From: the human T2T-CHM13v2.0 reference genome, Homo sapiens | Length of the DNA stretch: 64,000 nucleotides | Assembly (NCBI RefSeq): GCF_009914755.1 | Contig: NC_060933.1 | Direction: 5' to 3' (one strand) | Shown: one piece after another, positions 58,401 to 64,000 of the stretch | Position numbering within the stretch: position 1 is the first letter of the stretch | How the letters are laid out: every line of letters begins with the position of its first letter | Position numbers and translations under genes: made by a program | The notes under the pieces: generated by a model | What the model saw: only the letters and a program-made list of their open reading frames with translations | Databases searched by the model: none | Told to the model about the DNA's origin: nothing

Positions 58401-61400
58401 AATGGAATGGAATGGAAAGGAATGGAATCAACTCGATTGTAATGGAATGGAATGGAATGGAATGGAATGGAATGGAATGGAATTAACCCGAATACAATGG
58501 AATGGAATGGAATGGAACGGAATGGAGTGGAATGGAATGGAATCAACCCGAGTTTAGGGGAATGGAATGGAATGGAATGCAATGGAATGGAATCATCCGG
58601 AATGGAATGGTATGGAATGGAATGCAATGCAATGGAATCAACTCGATTGCAATGGAATGGAATGGAAAGGAATAGAATGGAATCAACCCGAGTGGAATGG
58701 AATGGAAAGGACTGGAATGGAGTGGAATGGAATGGAATGGAATGGAATTAACTCGATTGGAATGGAATGGAATGGAATGGAATGGAATTAACCCGAATAG
58801 AATGGAATGGAATGGAATGGAACGGAATGGAATGGAATGGAATGGAATGGAATGGAATGGAATGCAATGGAATGGAATCAGCCCGACTGTAGGGGAATGG
58901 AATGGAATGGAATGCAATGGAATGGAATCATCCGGAACGGAATGGAATGGAATGGAATGGAATCAACTCGATTGCAATGGAATGGAATGGAATGGAATGG
59001 AATCGAATGGAATGGAATGGAATTAAACCGAATAGAATGGAATGGAATGGAATGGAAAGGAATGGAAGGGAATGGAATGGAATGTAATCAACCCGAGTGC
59101 AGGGGAATGTAATAGAATGGAGTACAGTGGAATGGAATCATCCGGAATGGAATGGAATGAAATGGAATGCAATCAAGCTGATGCAATGGAATGGAGTGGA
59201 ATGGAATGGAATGGAATGGAAACATCCCGAATGGAATGGAATGTAATGCAGTGTAAGGGAATTGAATAGAATCAATCCGAATGTAATGGAATGGAATGGA
59301 ATGAAATGGAATGGAATGGAATGGAAGGGAATCAACCAGAGTGCAATGGAATGGATTCGAATGGAATGGAATGGAATGGAATGGATTCAACAAGAATGGA
59401 ATGGAAAGGAATGGAATCAACCCGAGTGTAATGGCATGGAATGGAACGGAATGGAATGGGATGGAATGGAATGGTACGCATTAGAATGGAATGGAATGAA
59501 ATGGAATGGAATGGAATGGAATGCAATGGAATGGAATGGAATGGAATGAACCCGTGTGCAATGGAATGGAATGGAATGGAATGGAATGGAATGGATTCAA
59601 CTCGAATGGAAACAACGCGATTGAAATGGAATGGAATGGAATGGAAAGGAATAGAATGGAATCAACCCGAGTGGAATGGAATGGAAAGGACTGGAATGGA
59701 GTGGAATGCAATGGAATGGAATTAACCCGAATAGAATGGAATGGAACGGAATGGAACGGAATGTAATGGAATGGAATGGAATGGAATAAATCCGAGTGCA
59801 GGGGAATGGAATGGAATGGAATGCAATGGAATGGAATCATCCGGAATGGAATGGAATGGAATGGAATGGAATGGAATGGAATGGAATGGAATCAACTGGA
59901 TTTCAATGGAATGGAATGGAATAGAATGGAATGGAATTAACACGAATAGAATGGAATGGAATGGAATGAAATGGAACAGAAAGGAATGGAATGGAATGGA
60001 ATGGAATCAACCCAAGTTCAGGGGAATGGAATGGAATGGAATTCTATGGAATGGAATCATTAGAATGGAATGGAATGGAATGGAATGGAATGGAATGGAA
60101 TGGAATGGAATCAACCCGAGTGCAATGGAATGGAGAGGAATGGATTGGAATGGAATGGAAACTACCCGATTGGAATGGAATGTAATGGAGTGTAAGGGAA
60201 TTGAATAGAATGAATCCGAATGGAATGGAATGGAATGGAACGGAATGGAACGGAATGCAATGGAATGGAATGGAATGGAATGGAATGGAATGGAATGGAA
60301 TGGTATGGAATAGTATGGAATGGAATGGAATGGTACGGAATAGAATGGAAAGGAAAGAATTGGAATGGAATGGAATCGAATGGAATGGAATGGAATGGAA
60401 TGGAATCAACCCGAGTGCAGGGGAATGTAATGGAACGGAATACAATGGAATGGAATCATCCGGAATGGAATGGAAAGGAATGGAATGGAATGGAATGCAA
60501 TGGAATGGAATGGAATGGAATCAACTCGATTGCAATCGAATGGAATGGAATGGAATTAACCCGAATAGAATGGAATGGAATGGAATGGAACGGAACGGAA
60601 TTGAATGGAATGGAATGGAATGGAACGGAAAGGAATGGAATGGAATGGAATGGAAAGGAATGGAATGGAATCAACGCGAGTGCAAGGGAATGGAATGGAA
60701 TCGAATAGAATGGAATGGAATGGAATTAACCCGAATAGAATGGAATGGAATGGAATGGAACGGAACGGAATTGAATGGAATGGAATGGAATGGAACGGAA
60801 AGGAAAGGAATGGAATGGAATGGAATGGAATGGAATGGAATGGAATCAACTCGATTGCAATCGAATGGAATGGAATGGAATTAACCCGAATAGAATGGAA
60901 TGGAATGGAATGGAATGGAACGGAACGGAATGGAATGGAATGGAATGGAATGGAATGGAATGGAATGCAATGGAATGGAATCATCAGTAATGGAATGGAA
61001 AGGAATGGAATGGAATGGAATTGAATGGAATGAAATCGATTGCAATCGAATGCAATGGAATGGAATTAACCCGAATAGAGTGGAATGGAATGGAATGGAA
61101 TAGAACGAAACGGAATGGAATGGAATGGAATGGAATGGAAAGGAACGGAACGGAAAGGAACGGAACGGAATGGAATGGAATGGAATGGAATGGAATGCAA
61201 TGGAATCAACACGAGTGCAGGGGAATGGAATGGAATGGAATGCAATGGAATGGAATCTTCCGGAATGGAATGGAATGGAATGGAATGGAATGGAATTGAA
61301 TGCAGTGGATTCAACTCGATTGCAATGGAATGGAATAGAATGGAATGGAATGGAATGGAATGGAATGGAGTTAACACTAATAGAATGGAATGGAATGGAA

Positions 61401-62275
61401 TGGAACGGAACGGAATGGAATGGAATGGAATGGAATGGAATGGAATGGTATGGAATGGAATGGAATGGTACGGAATAGAATGGAATGGAACGAATTGGGA
61501 TGGAATGGAATCGAATGGAATGGAATGGAATGGAATGGAATCAACGCGAGTGCAGGGGAATGTAATAGAACGGAATGCAATGGAATGGAATCATCCGGAA
61601 TGGAATGGAATGGAATGGAATGGAATGGAATCAACCCGAGTGCAATGGAATGGAGTGGAATGGAATGGAATGGAATGGAACAACCCGAATGGAATGGAAA
61701 GTAATGGAGAGTAAGGGAGTTGAATAGAATCAATCCGAATGGAATGGAATGGAATGGAACGGAATGGAATGGAATGGAATGGAATGGAATGCAATGGAAT
61801 GGAATCAACCCGAGTATAATGGAATGGAATGGAATGGAATGGAATGGAATGGAATTGAATGGAATGGAATGGCTTCAAACCGAATGGAATGGAAAGGAAT
61901 GGAATCAAGACGAGTGGAATGGAATGGAATGGAATGGAATGGAATGGAATGGAATGGTACGGAATAGAATGGAATGGAACGAAATGGAATGGAATGGAAT
62001 GGAATGGAATCGTTCCGAGTGGAATAGGAGGGAATGTAATCGAGTGGAATGGAAAGGAATGGAATCAACCAGAGTGGAATGGAAAGGAATGGAATGGAAT
62101 GGAATGGAATGGAATGGAATGGAATGGAATGGAATGGAATGGAATCGTTCCGAGTGGAATAGGAGGGAATGTATTCGAGTGGAATGGAAAGGAGTGGAAT
62201 CAACCAGAGTGGAATGGAAGGGAATGGAATGGAATGGAAACTAATAGAATGGAATCAACCCGAGTGGAATGGAAT
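58401..62275 (+). repeat. ~3.87-kb near-identical tandem duplication, copy 2
   Basis: Same evidence as copy 1. The copies differ mainly in pentamer copy number (offset changes in steps of 5 bp). Confidence 0.95.
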
Positions 62276-64000
62276 GCAAAGGAATGGAATGGAATGGAAT
62301 GGAATGGAATGGAATCAACTCGATTGTAATGGAATGGAATGGAATGGAATGGAATGGAATGGAGTGGAATGGAATTAACCCGAATACAATGGAATGGAAT
62401 GGAATGGAACGGAATGGAGTGGAATGGAATTGAATCAACCCGAGGGCAGGGGAATGGAATGGAATGGAATGCAATGGAATGGAATCATCCGGAATGGAAT
62501 GGAATGGAATGGAATGCAATGCAATGGAATCAACTCGATTGCAATGGAATGGAATGGAAAGGAATAGAATGGAATCAACCCGAGTGGAATGGAATGGAAA
62601 GGACTGGAATGGAATGGAATGGAATGGAATCAACTCGATTGTAATGGAATGGAATGGAATGGAATGGAATGGAATTAACCCGAATAGAATGGAATGGAAT
62701 GGAATGGAACGGAATGGAATAGAATGGAATGGAATGGAATGGAATGGAAAGGAATCAACCCGAGTGCAGGGGAATGGAATGGAATGGAATGCAATGGAAT
62801 GGAATCATCTGGAACGGAATGGAATGGAATGGAATGGAATCAACTCGATTGCAATGGAATGGAATGGAATGAAATGGAATGGAATGGAATGGAATGGAAT
62901 GGAATGGAATGGAATGGAATGGAATGGAATGGAATGGAATTCACCCGAATAGAATGGAATGGAATGGAATGGAATGGAATGGAATGGAAAGGAATGGAAG
63001 GGGAGGGAATGGAATGTAATCAACCCGAGTGCAGGGGAATGGAATGGAATGGAATGCAATGGAATGGAATCATCTGGAATGGAATGGAATGGAATGGAAT
63101 GGAATTGAATGGAATGGAATGGAATGGAATGGAATCAACCCGATGCAATGGAATGGAGTGGAATGGAATGGAATGGAATGGAAACATCCCGAATGGAATG
63201 GAATGTAATGGAGTGTAAGGGAATTGAATAGAATCAATCCGAATGTAATGGAATGGAATGGAATGAAATCGAATGGAATGGAATGGAATGGAATCAACCC
63301 GAGTGTAATGGCATGGAATGGAATGGAATGGAATGGGATGGAATGGAATGGTACGGAATAGAATGGAATGGAATGGAATGGAATGGAATGGAATGAACCC
63401 GTGTGCAATGTAATGGAATGGAACGGAATGGAATGGATTCAACTCGAAAGGAATCAACTCGATTGCAAAGGAATGGAATGGAATGGAAAGGAATAGAATG
63501 GAATCAACCCGGGTGGAATGGAATGGAAAGGACAGGAATGGAGTGGAATGGAATGGAAAGGTATTTAATCAAATCGATTGGAATGGAATGGAATGGAATG
63601 GAATGGAATGGAATCAACTCTATTGCAATGGAATGGAATGGAATGGAATGGAATGGAATGGAATGGAATGGAATGGAATTAACCCGAATAGAATGGAATG
63701 GAATGGAGTGGAACGGAATGTAATGGAATGGAATGGAATCAACCCGAGTGCAGGGGAATGGAATCGAATGGAATGCGATGGAATGGAATCATCCGGAATG
63801 GAATGGAATGGAATGGAATGGAATGGAATGGAATGGAATCAACTCGATTTCAATGGAATGGAATGGAATATAATGGAATGGAATTAACACGAATAGAAAG
63901 GAATGGAATGGAATGGAATGGAACGGAAAGAATGGAGTGGAATGGAATGGAATTAACCCGAGTGCAGGGTAATGGAATGGAATGGAATGCAATGGAATGG

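Larger units (their letters stand above)
1..64000 (+). repeat. Human satellite III (HSat3)-type array, (GGAAT)n/(CATTC)n with CAACCCGA(G/A)T spacers; pericentromeric or acrocentric heterochromatin
   Basis: The entire window is GGAAT pentamers with long perfect runs, interrupted by CAACCCGAGT/TTAACCCGAAT. This matches the classical satellite III consensus (ATTCC)n-A(C/T)TCGGGTTG on the opposite strand. The G-rich strand is + throughout. The dense diverged CATTCGATTC pattern of HSat2 is not seen. Species (human vs other great ape), subfamily and chromosome cannot be fixed by eye; an HSat3B-like array (e.g. 9q12) is plausible. Confidence 0.97.

Noticed and set aside
63555-63582. AT-rich island GGTATTTAATCAAATCGATTGG as foreign DNA
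   Set aside because: It stays in 5-bp register and resembles GGATTCAAATCGATTGG at ~42370, so it is best read as clustered substitutions.
24-63992. Hundreds of ORFs of 60-354 aa (MEWNG and IPFHS repeats)
   Set aside because: (GGAAT)n has no stop codon in any of the six frames and contains ATG every 5 bp. The ORFs overlap in all frames and have no domain content. They are not called as CDS.
1-64000. CRISPR-like array (recurring conserved motifs separated by variable-length stretches)
   Set aside because: The intervening sequences are GGAAT runs, not unique spacers. There are no cas genes and the sequence is primate satellite.
1-64000. Embedded Alu, L1, LTR, rDNA or other unique insertion
   Set aside because: No stretch longer than ~20-30 bp departs from pentamer-derived sequence, and there are no poly-A tails or target-site duplications.
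1-64000. Strand inversion of the array
   Set aside because: No (CATTC)n tract was seen on the + strand; only single inverted-like pentamers (CTTCC/ATTCC) occur.
1-64000. Assignment to DYZ1 (3.6-kb unit), HSat2, telomeric repeat or a specific chromosome
   Set aside because: There is no constant 3.6-kb period, no HSat2-type diverged pattern and no TTAGGG. Chromosome and subfamily need k-mer classification or alignment that I cannot run.

Overview
The whole 64-kb window is one uninterrupted array of primate classical satellite III (human HSat3 type). It is (GGAAT)n on the + strand, punctuated every ~50-150 bp by CAACCCGA(G/A)T-type spacers and a small set of other recurring variant modules. I see no genes, RNA genes, transposons, CRISPR arrays or strand inversions. 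All ORFs (MEWNG/IPFHS repeats) are translation artefacts of the pentamer. I found no new protein-coding system; the structure lies in the variant pattern. (1) There are two very recent tandem duplications (~7.28 kb at 27.1-41.7 kb and ~3.87 kb at 54.5-62.3 kb), plus older dispersed and tandem copies (5.86, 8-8.8 and 10.4 kb offsets; 55 bp to 1.3 kb local duplications). (2) About 39 perfect three-unit heat-shock elements (GGAAT-CTTCC-GGAAT) are unevenly distributed. (3) A perfect 14-bp palindrome, TCGATTGCAATCGA, recurs more than 30 times. (4) The variant vocabulary changes at ~31.4-31.7 kb. (5) The 5-bp register slips almost only by -1, at fixed motifs. Counts and coordinates were made by eye and are approximate.
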